From positions 1,451,711-1,515,710 of the forward strand of contig CAWBQS010000003.1 of assembly GCA_963790915.1 (NCBI GenBank): 64,000 nt of DNA, written 5' to 3'. Position numbers and translations under genes: made by a program. The DNA is from an uncultured Chloroflexia bacterium. Lineage in GTDB: Bacteria; Chloroflexota; Limnocylindria; Limnocylindrales; CSP1-4. The notes beneath the pieces are model-generated. The model saw only the letters and a program-made list of their open reading frames with translations, ran no database searches and was not told where the DNA came from. Positions 11,778 to 22,483 of the stretch are shown here, one piece after another; positions within the stretch are counted from its first letter, which is position 1; every line of letters begins with the position of its first letter.

Positions 11778-12845
11778 ATGAACGGCCGCCACTTCGGCGC
11801 TCGGCTCCACGACTACACGCTGCAGGGCTACCGCACCATCGCCCTCGAGAACGAGGTCCTGCGGGTTGAGGTCCTGGTGGACAAGGGCAGCGACATCGTG
11901 GCCTTCCTGCACAAGCCGTCGGACACGGACTTCATGTGGCGACGCGAGATCGGTCTCCAGCCGGCAGGGCTGGGCGCTGAGCCGCGCGGTGCCGACGAGT
12001 TCGTGTTCGTGGACCAGTACGAGGGTGGCTGGCAGGAGTGTCTGCCAAACGGCGGTGCGAGCGTCCTCTACAAGGGGGCTCGGCTGCCCTTCCACGGTGA
12101 GCTGCTCACCAGGCCCTTCGCGGTCGCGGTCATCGAGGACCGACCGGAGGTGGTCTCCGTGCGGCTGAGCGTGCGCGCCCTCCGCATGCCGCTCCTGCTC
12201 GAGAAGACCCTCACCCTGCGCAGCGGTCGCGCCGTGCTGGAGATCGACGAGCGCCTGACCAATCTCGCCGACGAGGAGCTGGACATCATGTGGGGCCACC
12301 ACCCCGCCTTCGGTCCGCCGTTCCTCGACGACAGCTGCCGCATCGACGTCCCGGCCTGCTACGCCACCACCGAGCGGGCCGAGCGTTGGCCAGACAGCCG
12401 GATCGCCTGGGCGCAGCCCTTCGAATGGCCGGGGGCGCCACTGCTCGATGGCGGCACTCGGGACCTCAGCGTGGTTCCCGGCATGGAGACCCGGACGGCG
12501 GATTGGGTCCGCCTGTACGGCTTCGAGGAGGGCTGGTACGGCATCACCTCCGGCCGTCGCCGCGTGGGCTTCGGGTTGCGTTGGGACGCCGCGCACTTCA
12601 AGCACCTCTGGTACTGGCATGTCTTCGGCGGCATGTCGGGGTACCCCTGGTGGGGCCTGAACTACGATTGCGCCCTCGAGCCGTGGACGAGCTGGCCGGA
12701 CGGGGGCCTCGACGAGGCCATCCGGAACGGGTCCGCCCTGAAGGTCCAGCCTCGCGGGGTCATCGAGACGAGGCTGCTGGCCGTCGCCTACGCGGGCATG
12801 GACCGCATCAGCGGCATCACGCCCGAAGGAGACGTCCTGGCATGA
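11778..12845 (+). CDS. Aldose 1-epimerase/galactose mutarotase-like protein (DUF4432-like)
   Basis: KGSDI, YEGGWQECLPNGG, FHGE, MWGHHPAFG and LEPWTS motifs. SD ggagg upstream. Confidence 0.72.
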   Translation: MNGRHFGARLHDYTLQGYRTIALENEVLRVEVLVDKGSDIVAFLHKPSDTDFMWRREIGLQPAGLGAEPRGADEFVFVDQYEGGWQECLPNGGASVLYKGARLPFHGELLTRPFAVAVIEDRPEVVSVRLSVRALRMPLLLEKTLTLRSGRAVLEIDERLTNLADEELDIMWGHHPAFGPPFLDDSCRIDVPACYATTERAERWPDSRIAWAQPFEWPGAPLLDGGTRDLSVVPGMETRTADWVRLYGFEEGWYGITSGRRRVGFGLRWDAAHFKHLWYWHVFGGMSGYPWWGLNYDCALEPWTSWPDGGLDEAIRNGSALKVQPRGVIETRLLAVAYAGMDRISGITPEGDVLA

Positions 12846-13714
12846 CATCCGCCGCGCGCCGCCCGACTCCGCTGAGGCCGGCGGGCGCAGAGCAGTCGGC
12901 CATGGTGGACGGCCGCGGCGCGGCCACGACGACGCGGACGCTGTTGCGCGGCCTGGACGTCATCGAGGCCCTGGCGGACGCGGATGCCGCAGGCGTCGGA
13001 CCATCGGCCATCAGCGACGCCGTGGACCTGGACAAGGCGACCGTCTCGCGCCTGCTGCGCACGCTCGCCGAGGCCGGATGGGTCCGCCAGGACGGGGACA
13101 CGCGCCGCTATCGTCTCAGCGGCAAGATCCTGCGGCTGGCGGCGAACCTGCGCGTCCACCTCGATCTGCGGACCGTGGCGGCTCCCCACCTGCGGGCGCT
13201 GCGGGAGGAGCTCGGTGAGACCGTGCACCTCGGAGCGATGGAGGACCTCGGCGTCTTCTACCTGGACAAGCTCGAGTCGCCCAACAGCATCCAGCTGGTC
13301 TCGAGAGTGGGCCAGGTGATGCCGCTGCATTCGACCTCGCTGGGCAAGGCCATGCTGGCTGCGCTGCCGGACGACGAGCGGGAGGCCAGGATCGCGCGGA
13401 TGGACTTCGTGCCGCGCACGGACCGGACCATCACCACGGTCGCGGCGTTCCGCCGGGAGATCGTGCTGACGCAGCAGCGCGGCTACGCGACCGACGATCG
13501 GGAGAACGAGCCACTCGGCGCATGCGTCGCGGCGGCCATCATCGGACCCGAGGGCCGGCCGGTCGGGGCCGTCAGCGTGTCGGGCCCGCACTATCGCGTC
13601 CACAGCCATCTCGAGGACTTCGGCGAGCACGCCCGGGCGACCGCGGCTGCCATCGCCCTGGACCTGGGGGCCAACCTCGACGAGGCCCCCGGGGGTCCGG
13701 GTACCACTCGATGA
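12842..13714 (+). CDS. IclR family transcriptional regulator
   Basis: LLRGLDVIEAL, HTH LDKATVSRLLRTL, ETVHLG, PLHSTSLGKA and RGYATDDRE. Confidence 0.9.
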   Translation: MTSAARRPTPLRPAGAEQSAMVDGRGAATTTRTLLRGLDVIEALADADAAGVGPSAISDAVDLDKATVSRLLRTLAEAGWVRQDGDTRRYRLSGKILRLAANLRVHLDLRTVAAPHLRALREELGETVHLGAMEDLGVFYLDKLESPNSIQLVSRVGQVMPLHSTSLGKAMLAALPDDEREARIARMDFVPRTDRTITTVAAFRREIVLTQQRGYATDDRENEPLGACVAAAIIGPEGRPVGAVSVSGPHYRVHSHLEDFGEHARATAAAIALDLGANLDEAPGGPGTTR

Positions 13715-14601
13715 ACGAGCGATCCGCGCTCTCTGGCGTCTATGCCCCGATCTGTACGCCCTTCCGCGATAACGAGGACTTCGATGCGGGTGCGCTTCGG
13801 GAGAACCTGGCTCGCTATGCAGCGTCGGGCATCCACGGCTACCTGACGCTCGGCTCCAACGGGGAGAACCGCAGCCTCAGCGAGGAGGAGCGCCTGGAGG
13901 TCCTCGAGGTGGTGGTGCGCCATCGAGGCGCGAAGCAGGTCGTCATGGCCGGCGCCACCTACGACGCGCAGCGCCCGGCCGAGCGCTTCCTGCAGGCCGC
14001 CGCCGGCCTGGGGGCCGACTACGGCCTCGTCCTGGCGCCGGGCTACTTCCGCAAGCAGATGACCGTCGAGGTCCTCTATCGCTACTTCTCCACCCTCGCG
14101 GATGCGGCGCCCATGCCGCTCCTGCTCTACAACGCGCCCGGCTTCAACGGGCTGGCGCTCGAACCGGCGCTGGTGGCGCGGCTGGCAGGACACCCCAACA
14201 TCGTGGGCATGAAGGACAGCGCCTCGTCGGGCATCGAGGCGTTCCTGGAGCTGCAACGTCCGGACTTCGCGGTCCTGGCGGGCTCGGCCAACTTCCTCTT
14301 CTCGGCCATGATGGCGGGCTCCCCCGGTGGCACGGTCTCGCTGGCCAACACCTTCCCGGAGGTCGCGCTGCGCCTCTACGCCCACGGCGAGGCTCGCGAT
14401 GAGGTCCACGGCCCCGCCGTCCAGGCCGACGTGTCGCGGATCAATCACTCCATCTCCGGGCTGCACGGGGTGTCCGGCGTGAAGGCGGCCATGGACCTGG
14501 CGGGCTACATCGGCGGCATCCCCCGCCGACCCCTGCTGCCGCTCGACGCCGCGCAGCGGACGGCGCTGCGCGAGACGCTCGAGGCAGAGGGTCTCCTCTG
14601 A
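13711..14601 (+). CDS. DapA/NanA family class I aldolase (HOGA-aldolase-like)
   Basis: PICTPF, GSNGE, LLYNAP and the Schiff-base Lys in GMKDS. Confidence 0.85.
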   Translation: MNERSALSGVYAPICTPFRDNEDFDAGALRENLARYAASGIHGYLTLGSNGENRSLSEEERLEVLEVVVRHRGAKQVVMAGATYDAQRPAERFLQAAAGLGADYGLVLAPGYFRKQMTVEVLYRYFSTLADAAPMPLLLYNAPGFNGLALEPALVARLAGHPNIVGMKDSASSGIEAFLELQRPDFAVLAGSANFLFSAMMAGSPGGTVSLANTFPEVALRLYAHGEARDEVHGPAVQADVSRINHSISGLHGVSGVKAAMDLAGYIGGIPRRPLLPLDAAQRTALRETLEAEGLL

Positions 14602-16044
14602 TGCGCCGCGACATCCTCGCCATCGACGTCGGGACCAGCGGCCTGAAGCTCGGTGTCTACGGCCCGGACCTCGAGGAGCGAGTCGTCGCGCGGCGGGACT
14701 ACGCCATCAACCTCTACGACCGTGACAAGGCGGATGTGGCACCCACGACCTGGTGGACGGCCATCCGCGAGGCCTGCGCAGAGGTGGCCGATGACCTCGC
14801 CCACGTGGGGATCCTGTCGCTGTCCGTGACGACGCCGGGCCTGACGCCCATGGCGGCCGATGGCACCGCGCTGGGCCCGGCCATCCTCTTCCTCGACGGT
14901 CGCTCGCGCGCGCAGGCGGCGGCCATCCGCGAGGCCGTCGGCGAGGAGCGCTTCCTGGCCGAGGCCTGCAACCTGCCCGTCTCCGGGGGCTCGTCGCTGG
15001 CAAGCATCCTGTGGATCCGGGACAACGACCCACGCACGTGGGCAGCCACGGCCATGTTCGGTCACTGCAACACGTACCTCACCCGGCGCCTGACGGGCAG
15101 CTGGGCGATCGACCCTTCGACGACCTCGATCACCGGCCTGTACGCGACGGCCCGGCATGACCTGACCTGGAATGCGGACGTCCTTGCCGCCGCCGGCCTC
15201 AGCCCCGACCGGCTGCCGCCCCTGATGCAGTCCTACGACCCGGTCGGTCAGATCCTGCCGGCCGTGGCCCGGGAGCTGGGCCTGCCGGCCGACGTGGTCG
15301 TCCTGTGCGGCGGGAACGACGCGACGCTGGCGGCGTTCTCCGGCGGCCTGACCGATCCGGGCGACGTGAACATCATCAGCGGGACCTGCGACATCGCCAA
15401 TGTCTGCACCGATCGCCCCGTCTCGTCGCGCGACTTCAACGTGCGCGCCCACATCCTGCCCAGTCGCTGGTTGACGTTCTTCGTGCTCAACACCGGCGGC
15501 GCGGCGCTGGAGTGGTTCCGCGAGCAGTTCTGTCGCGAGCTCGACGAGGACGCCTTCTACGGCGCGTACATGTCCTCCGTGCTGCGTGGCTTCTTCTCCG
15601 CCGACCGACATCGACGAGCGCGAGGCGGCGTTGCCCTCGTATCGCCCGTACCTGAGCGGCAGCCGCTACTCGCTGGACTATCTCACGGGGGCCTTCGACG
15701 GCATGACCCTGCAGACCACGCGCGACGATCTCCTGCTCAGCCTGGTGCGCGGCAACCTGCGCTACCTGGGCGAGCACCTCGAGCAGGTCTCGAGGCTCGT
15801 GCACATGAACCGCTCGGTGGGCATCTCCGGCGGTGCGGCCCGCATCGACGGCATGCTCGACGCTCGACGCCGCTGGACGGGCGACTTCGACTACTCCTAC
15901 CAGGAGCAGTCCTCGATGCTCGGCGCGGCCATGCTCGGGCAGATCTACCAGGACGGCCTGGCCGCCATGGACCCACCCGGCGCACTGGCGCGGATCGCCG
16001 GCGTCGGAGGCAGCCGCCCGGAGATGACACCAGAAAGGACATGA
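14601..16044 (+). CDS. FGGY family carbohydrate kinase (frameshift near 15605)
   Basis: AIDVGTSGLK, DGRS, GGNDA, ISGT, GGAALEWF. The C-terminus (PYLSGSR, GISGGAA) is in ORF 15586. Confidence 0.82.
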
Positions 16045-17240
16045 CCCCCATGACAGCGCCGACCGCCACCCTCATGGAGCGCTTCGCAGCGACCAATCCT
16101 GGCCTGGAGGTGTGGTGGGACTCGTCGCCGCTGGTCTTCGAGACCTGGCGCGCGCAGATGATCGAGGCGGCCGCGCCGGAGGACCGGGAGCGGGTCACCG
16201 AGGAGCTGCGTCGCCTCTGGGACCCCGATGATCCGGCGCGCACGCTGTTCCGTGGCGGCACCACCAATCCGCCGCTCTCACTGGCCGCCATGCGCAACGA
16301 CCCTGAGCGCTGGACCGCGTGGATCGCCGACTACCGGGCGGGCCACCCCGGCGCGGACGTCGAGCAGGTCTTCTGGGCGCTCTACCTGCACCTGGTGAAG
16401 CTCGGCGCGGAGCGTCTGCGGCCGCTCTTCGATGCCACCGGCCAGCGCTTCGGCCACCTCTCCGGACAGGTCGACCCGCGGCGCGCCTTCGACGCGGACA
16501 CGATGCTCCGCCAGGGCCTCGAGATCGCCGCCCAGGGGCCGAACGTCATGGTCAAGATCCCCGGCACGACGGAGGGCCTGGGCGTCCTGCGCGAGCTGTC
16601 GGCCCGCGGCATCCCGACGAACTGCACGTCCGCCTACATCGTGCCCCAGTTCATCGCCGTGGCCGAGAACGTCCAGGCGGGCATCCTCGAGGCCCGCGCC
16701 AACGGCGTCGACCTGACACGCTGGAAGTCGGTGGTCACGGATATGAGCGTGCGATGGGAGGCCAACCCGGCCTTCCTCGAGGAGGCTCAGCAGGCCGGCG
16801 TCACGCTCAGCGACGAGGATCGCCGCTGGGCCGGCGTGGCCGTCTTCAAGGAGGCGCAGCGCATCTTCCGCGCACGGGCCTATCCCAGCAAGATGCTCAT
16901 CTGCTCCGTGAGGGTCGGCCCCCGGGTGGATGGCGTGCAGCGCTGCTGGCACCTGGAGCACACGGCCGGTGCCGACGCCGTCTTCACGCTGCCGCCGGCC
17001 TTCCTGGGGCCCTTCATGCGGGAATGCCAGCACCTGGAGTTCGCGCCCCGGATCTGGGAGGACATCCCGGCCGACGTCAAGGCCCGACTGCGGGCGGTGC
17101 CGTACTTCAACGCCGGCTACGACGAGGACGGGACGGCCGTGGAGGACTTCTCCACGATCCCCGCGCTCCAGGCGACGTTCGGGGAGTTCTCGAAGGCCAC
17201 GGAGGAGATGGTGACCTTCGTTCGCGATCGCATGTCGTAG
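16041..17240 (+). CDS. Transaldolase family protein (long, divergent)
   Basis: WWDSSP, GTTNPPL, SGQVDP, VMVKIPGT (catalytic Lys) and TNCT. SD aaagga upstream. Confidence 0.78.
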   Translation: MTPMTAPTATLMERFAATNPGLEVWWDSSPLVFETWRAQMIEAAAPEDRERVTEELRRLWDPDDPARTLFRGGTTNPPLSLAAMRNDPERWTAWIADYRAGHPGADVEQVFWALYLHLVKLGAERLRPLFDATGQRFGHLSGQVDPRRAFDADTMLRQGLEIAAQGPNVMVKIPGTTEGLGVLRELSARGIPTNCTSAYIVPQFIAVAENVQAGILEARANGVDLTRWKSVVTDMSVRWEANPAFLEEAQQAGVTLSDEDRRWAGVAVFKEAQRIFRARAYPSKMLICSVRVGPRVDGVQRCWHLEHTAGADAVFTLPPAFLGPFMRECQHLEFAPRIWEDIPADVKARLRAVPYFNAGYDEDGTAVEDFSTIPALQATFGEFSKATEEMVTFVRDRMS

Positions 17241-17288
17241 TCCGGGTCGCAGTCGCTGCCACGCCACCCGGCGGCGGCGGCTTCCTCT

Positions 17289-18254
17289 TCAGGGCAAGCC
17301 AGCAGCGCCCGCCTGCCGGTGCCTGGTGACAAGCTCCCGGATCCTGGCCTCCAGCCCGACGGCGTCGAGACCGTAGGCCTTGAGGAGCTCCGCGTATGGC
17401 CCGCTGGGCACGTAGACGTGCGGCACGGCCACCCGGTCGACGACGACGGGGAAGGTCCCGCTCAGGAGCTCGGCGACCGCCCCGCCGAGGCCGCCGCGGG
17501 GGTAGTGCTCCTCCACCGTGATGACGTGCGACGTGCGCCGAGCCGAGTCCAGGATCAGCTCGTCATCAAGTGGCGCGACCGTCCCAAGGCACAGGAGGTC
17601 GACGCTCAGACCTCCGGCGATCAGGGCGTCGACGGCCTCGATCACGGCCACGCTGGTGTACCCGGTCGAGATCACCGTGACGTCGGAACCCTCGCGCAGG
17701 TGCCTTCCCTTGCCGATCACGAAGTCGTCATCCGGGAAGAGCTGAGGGACGGGCCCGCTGCCGATCCGCATATAGACGGGACCCGTGAGCTGCAGCATCG
17801 CGTGGACCGCACCGCGGATCTCGCCGGCGTCCTGGGGCGCCAGCACCGTCACCCCGGGGATCATGCGCATCAAGGCGTAGTCCTCGAGCGAGTGGTGCGT
17901 CGACCCGAGGTCCGAGTACGTGAAGCCACCGTTCCTGCCGACCATCTTGACGTTCTGGCTCATGTAGCCGAGATCGTTGCGGAACTGCTCGAAGTTGCGG
18001 CAGGTCACGAACGGGGCGATGGCGCAGAAGACGGGGATCTTGCCCGTCGTGGCGAGGCCGGAGGCCACGCCGGTGACACCCTGCTCCTCGATCCCGAACT
18101 CCAGGTAGCGGACCGGGAACCTCTGCCGGAAGGCGCCCAGCCCCGACGACCCGCCGCTGTCCGCCGAGAGGACGACGATGCGCTCGTCGAGCTCGCCCTC
18201 CGCCGTGACGGCGGCGCCGAAGGTCTTGCGAGGGTCGTACGACTCGGCCTTCAT
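17289..18254 (-). CDS. Transketolase C-terminal subunit
   Basis: LSADSGGS, EFGIEEQG, GSTHHSLED, GPVYMRIG and TVEEH. Confidence 0.9.
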   Translation of the reverse strand: MKAESYDPRKTFGAAVTAEGELDERIVVLSADSGGSSGLGAFRQRFPVRYLEFGIEEQGVTGVASGLATTGKIPVFCAIAPFVTCRNFEQFRNDLGYMSQNVKMVGRNGGFTYSDLGSTHHSLEDYALMRMIPGVTVLAPQDAGEIRGAVHAMLQLTGPVYMRIGSGPVPQLFPDDDFVIGKGRHLREGSDVTVISTGYTSVAVIEAVDALIAGGLSVDLLCLGTVAPLDDELILDSARRTSHVITVEEHYPRGGLGGAVAELLSGTFPVVVDRVAVPHVYVPSGPYAELLKAYGLDAVGLEARIRELVTRHRQAGAAGLP

Positions 18255-19102
18255 CGGGTTGCCTCCACCTGCAGGCTCGCGACCTGCGCATCGATCTCCT
18301 CGATCGCGGCAGCCAGCTCGTCCTGCGTCGGCTTCCAGTAGTGTGATTCGGGCGTGCCCTCGAGCGACGCGATGCCTCTCGCCTTCACCGTATGCGCGAC
18401 GATCGCGCTGGGCTTGCCCGCGGAGAGCGGAAGGCGTCCGAGGACCTCGACGACCTGCGCCATGTCGTTGCCGTCGATCTCGTCCACCTCCCAGCCGAAG
18501 GCGCGGAACCGCTGGCCGATGGGCGACATGTCCATGACGTCGCGAGTCCGGCCGCTGATCTGCAGCCCGTTCGCATCGACGAACACCGCGACGTTGTCCA
18601 GCCCGTGGTGGGCGGCGATGGCGGCACCCTCCCAGTTCGAGCCTTCGGGGAGCTCGCCGTCTCCCATCACGACGAACACCCGGAAGGGGCACGGGCCCAG
18701 CCGTGCTCCGAGGGCCATGCCGCATGCGATCGCCAGCCCATGACCCAGGGCTCCCGTGTTCGCCTCGATGCCGGGGAGCTTGTGCATGTCGGGATGACCC
18801 GGGAGCGGGCTCTTGAATGAGCCGTACGTGTCCAGGACCTCCGCTGGCATGAAGCCGGCGAGTGCGAGGACGGCGTACTGGGCCATGGCCTTGTGGCCCG
18901 CGGAGAGCACGAACCGGTCGCGACAGGGCGCCGATGGGTCCGCCGGGTCGATGTCGAGCTCGTCGAGGTACAGCGCCGTGACGATGTCGATGGCCGACAG
19001 CGCGCCGCCGAGGTGGCCCGAGCCCCCCGCCTCCAGCATGCGGAGCACCAGGCGCCGCGCCCTTGCCGCAGCCAGGGCGAGCTCTGTCGTCGTCAGGCTC
19101 AT
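18251..19102 (-). CDS. Transketolase N-terminal (ThDP-binding) subunit
   Basis: SGHLGG, DRFVLSAGHKA, GHPD, GALGHG, and the ThDP motif GDGELPEGSNWE...N. Confidence 0.9.
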   Translation of the reverse strand: MSLTTTELALAAARARRLVLRMLEAGGSGHLGGALSAIDIVTALYLDELDIDPADPSAPCRDRFVLSAGHKAMAQYAVLALAGFMPAEVLDTYGSFKSPLPGHPDMHKLPGIEANTGALGHGLAIACGMALGARLGPCPFRVFVVMGDGELPEGSNWEGAAIAAHHGLDNVAVFVDANGLQISGRTRDVMDMSPIGQRFRAFGWEVDEIDGNDMAQVVEVLGRLPLSAGKPSAIVAHTVKARGIASLEGTPESHYWKPTQDELAAAIEEIDAQVASLQVEATR

Positions 19103-19542
19103 CGCGCCTGGGTCGCCTCGTACTCGCAGATCGCGGCGACCTTGGGTGCGCTCCGCGACTCAGGGTCGTAGCGATGGCTCAGGTACTCGGCGAGGAGGCA
19201 CTTGGCTACTTCGATGCCCACGACCTGGGCGCCCATCGCGATCATGTTCGCGTTGTTGCTCAGCTGGGCGCGCTGCGCCTGGTAGACATCGCTCAGCAGC
19301 GCGCAGTAGGCCCCGGGCACCTTGTTGGCGGCGATGGAGACGCCGATGCCCGTTCCGCACAGGACGACGCCGCGCTCGACCCGCCCCGCGACCACCTCCT
19401 TCGCGACATCGATGGCGGTGTGGGGGTAGATGGGATCGTCGGACCCGAGGTCAAGGACCTCATGCCCGAGTTCTCGGGCGTGGGCCATGAGCGCCGACTT
19501 CAAGTCCGCCGCGTTCGGGTCGCTCCCGAAGCCGATGATCAT
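19099..19542 (-). CDS. RpiB/LacA/LacB family sugar-phosphate isomerase
   Basis: GSDPNA, LCGTGIGVSIAANKVPG and NNANM. Confidence 0.88.
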   Translation of the reverse strand: MIIGFGSDPNAADLKSALMAHARELGHEVLDLGSDDPIYPHTAIDVAKEVVAGRVERGVVLCGTGIGVSIAANKVPGAYCALLSDVYQAQRAQLSNNANMIAMGAQVVGIEVAKCLLAEYLSHRYDPESRSAPKVAAICEYEATQAR

Positions 19543-19653
19543 CGTGATCTCCTCCTGGACATCGCAGTCTGCCTCGCCGCCACGTGCCACCCGAGGTCGG
19601 GCGCCGCGATCGGCCGGCGGACTCCGGACGAGTGTATCGGGCCTGGCCGCCTC

Positions 19654-20463
19654 CTACCCCGGCGCTCCTCCGGTCTCGGAGGTGCGCGCGTGGCCGACGT
19701 TGCCGTTGATGGAGAGTGCCCCGTCCACGAGTATCTCCTGGCCGGTGATGTAGCGCGACGCGTGCGAGGCCATGAAGGCCACGACGTCGGCGACCTCCTC
19801 CGGCACGCCGATGCGGCCAAGGCCGATGCGGCTGTTGTAGGTGGCCCGCACTGCCGGCGTGTAGGCCACCGAGTTGAGCGGCGTCTCGGTCGCACCCGGC
19901 GCCACCGCATTGACGGTGATGCCCTGCTCGGCCAGCTCCAGGGCCAGCACCTTGGTGAGCGCCACGATGGCGCCCTTGGCCGCGATGTAGGCGGACATGC
20001 CGCTGATGCCCTGCACGTCCGACTCGGACGTGATGTTGATGATGCGACCCCAGCCCGTGGTGGTCATGCGCTGCGCCGCCGCCTTGCAGCCGTAGTAGTA
20101 GCCGTGCATGTTCGCGGCCAGGACGGCGTGCCACGACTCCGTCGACATCTCCAAGAATGGCCGGACCATGATGCGCGCAGCGTTGTTGACCCAGATGTCC
20201 AGGTGACCCCAGCGCTCCACGACCGCGTCGGCCAGGACCTGGACGTGGTCCTCGTCAGCCGTGCTGCCCTGCAGGAAGAGCGCCTCCTTGCCGTGGGCGG
20301 CGACCAGTCGGGCGGTCTCGGCGGCGCCCTCCGTGCTGAGCTGGAAGTCGCCGGCGACCTCCGCCCCTTCGCGCGCCAGGGCGACGGCGATGGCCTTCCC
20401 GATGCCGCTCGAGACGCCAGTGACGACGGCGACCTTGCCGGCCAGGCTGTAGACGTCACTCAT
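19654..20463 (-). CDS. Short-chain dehydrogenase/reductase (SDR)
   Basis: [13 protein letters not shown], catalytic YIAAK and VAPGATET. Confidence 0.9.
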   Translation of the reverse strand: MSDVYSLAGKVAVVTGVSSGIGKAIAVALAREGAEVAGDFQLSTEGAAETARLVAAHGKEALFLQGSTADEDHVQVLADAVVERWGHLDIWVNNAARIMVRPFLEMSTESWHAVLAANMHGYYYGCKAAAQRMTTTGWGRIINITSESDVQGISGMSAYIAAKGAIVALTKVLALELAEQGITVNAVAPGATETPLNSVAYTPAVRATYNSRIGLGRIGVPEEVADVVAFMASHASRYITGQEILVDGALSINGNVGHARTSETGGAPG

Positions 20464-21527
20464 GATCCCCTCCTCTGGGCGGCTGTCGCGCCTGGGCGCG
20501 GGTCCAGCATGAGCTTGAGGCCGTCGGCGGCCCGGGTGCGTGCGAAGGCCGTCTGCCACTCCGAGAGGGGCAGGACGTCGGTGACGAGCGGGTCGAGCAC
20601 CACGTGGCCCTCGGCGATGAGCTTCTCCAGCCGGCGCCACGAGCGGGGCGTGCTGGCGAAGCCGGAGGTGACCACCAGCTCGTGCAGGCAGACCAGGTCG
20701 ATGTCCACGGCGATGGGCTTGCCGGTCAGGCCGACCTGGACGTAGCGCCCGCCGCGGCGAACCGCGCGCAATCCGGCATCGATGCCGCGTTCGTTGCCCG
20801 AGGCATCGGCCACCACGTCGAAACCGCCGTCCGGCGTGACGCTCCCCAGGTCGCCGGCCTCGACGACCGCCAGGCCCAGCGAGGCCGCGACGTCCAGCCG
20901 ACGGCGGTCCGCGGGGACGCCCGAGATGGTGACGTGGGCGCCCTGTGCGCGCAGCACCTGGGCGCAGAGGATGCCCATGGCACCGGGGCCCACGACGAGG
21001 GCGGTGTCACCAGGGGAGGCGACGGCCGGGTCGCAGAGGCACTGCGTGACGCAGGAGAGCGGCTCGTAGAGTGCGCCGGCATGCTCGCCGACCGACGGGT
21101 GGATCTCGTGGAGGTTGCGCGCCGGTACGAGCACGTGCGAGGCGAAGCCGCCGTTGACGTGTGACCCGATGGAGCGCCGCTTGAGGCACAGGTTGCGCCG
21201 GCCGGCGCGGCAGGCCGCACACGTGTCGCAGGTGTAGAAGTACGTCTCCGTGGCGACGCGCTTGCCGAGGTGCTCCTCCGCCCCCTCGCCCGCCTCGACC
21301 ACCCGACCGGTGATCTCGTGGCCCATGACGACCGGCGGGACGCTCACGAACTCATCCTGCTGGATGTGCAGGTCCGTGCCGCAGATGCCCGTGGCATAGA
21401 CCTCGATGACGACCTGGCCGGGCCCCGCGGCAGGCCGTGGGACGCTGCCCAGGCCGACGTTCTCGGCTCCCTTCGCCTGTTTCATGAGAGCGGTCATCTG
21501 GAGGCTGCTGGAGGCGCTGTCGGTCAT
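20460..21527 (-). CDS. Zn-dependent alcohol/polyol dehydrogenase (MDR family)
   Basis: CGTD, GHE, structural Zn CDTCAAC...C, GPGAMG. Confidence 0.9.
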   Translation of the reverse strand: MTDSASSSLQMTALMKQAKGAENVGLGSVPRPAAGPGQVVIEVYATGICGTDLHIQQDEFVSVPPVVMGHEITGRVVEAGEGAEEHLGKRVATETYFYTCDTCAACRAGRRNLCLKRRSIGSHVNGGFASHVLVPARNLHEIHPSVGEHAGALYEPLSCVTQCLCDPAVASPGDTALVVGPGAMGILCAQVLRAQGAHVTISGVPADRRRLDVAASLGLAVVEAGDLGSVTPDGGFDVVADASGNERGIDAGLRAVRRGGRYVQVGLTGKPIAVDIDLVCLHELVVTSGFASTPRSWRRLEKLIAEGHVVLDPLVTDVLPLSEWQTAFARTRAADGLKLMLDPRPGATAAQRRGS

Positions 21528-21610
21528 GCCCCGATTGTAGGTCGCAGCGCGTGGCCCAAGGCGCCTGAGCAAGGCACCCGACCGGCTGCCATGGAGCGCG
21601 CCAGGCGCCC

Positions 21611-22355
21611 TCAGCGGGTCAGGCGGACGATGCGGTTGGCGGCCTTCATGATGCGGCGCGCCGTCGTCGGCGAGGTACCGGCCATCGTCTCGAGGGTCTG
21701 CGGCCAGCTCGTCCTCCGGCAGCGAGCCCACGAGCCGCAGGAGGCGGTCGAGCGACTCGTCGGAGATGCGCGAGAGCACCATGAAGCCGCGCGCGATCTC
21801 GCCCGTCTCGGCGCGGGAAAGCGTGCGCAGGGCGCGGTCGAAGAGCGTCGCGAAGCCCGAGATCTCGGCCAGCCAGCCGCGCAGGCGCTGCGCCTCCCCA
21901 TCGTCCGGCGAGGCCTCCACGACCTGGTCGGCCAGGTCCAGGCAGACTGCCAGCCGCGGCTGCAGCGGATCCGCCTCTCGCGAGCGACGCTCCTCGGCGA
22001 CACGCTGCAGCCAGCGCCAGCGGTCGCCCACGACACGCCACGCGTCGGCGGGCGGGCCGGGCCGCGCCTCGCGCTGCGCGTCCTCGACGCGCTCGACAAG
22101 CCCCCACTCGGTCAGCTCCGCGAGGGCCAGCGAGGCCGCCCGGTGACTGATGCCCAGGGCCTCGCGGATCTCGCGTTCCGTGAGGTCGCAGCCCCAGATG
22201 AGCAGGTAGCCGTGGACGCGCGCGACCGACGGCGTGATGTTCCAGGCCGGCCCCATGTCGCCCCAGGTGTCAGCGAAGGCCACGCGCACGTCCTCCGGCG
22301 TGGGGGCATCGGCGTTCGTGGGGGAGCGGGCCGGTGGGCGATCGAGAGTGACCAC
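21611..22355 (-). CDS. GbsR/MarR family transcriptional regulator (frameshift near 21700)
   Basis: FADTWGDMGPAWNITPSVARVHGYLL and wHTH ISHRAASLALAELTEWGLV. The C-terminus is in ORF 21611. Confidence 0.72.
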
Positions 22356-22390
22356 GCCCCGACGATAGCAGGCCGACCGGCGTCGCCGGT

Positions 22391-22430
22391 CACCCCTGCG
22401 CTGGCACGGCCACCCCTGCGCTGGCACGGC
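22391..22430. repeat. Perfect tandem 20-bp direct repeat
   Basis: cacccctgcgctggcacggc twice, between the divergent regulator and trpD. Confidence 0.85.
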
Positions 22431-22483
22431 CGGCGCTCGACCGGTAGCATGAAACCATCCCACGCGACAGGAGGTCAGCCCCC

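Noticed and set aside
14601-17240. 879-aa kinase-transaldolase fusion in the ORF track
   Set aside because: Artefact of the indel near 15605. The kinase C-terminus is in another frame and ends at an ATGA overlap with its own SD before the transaldolase.
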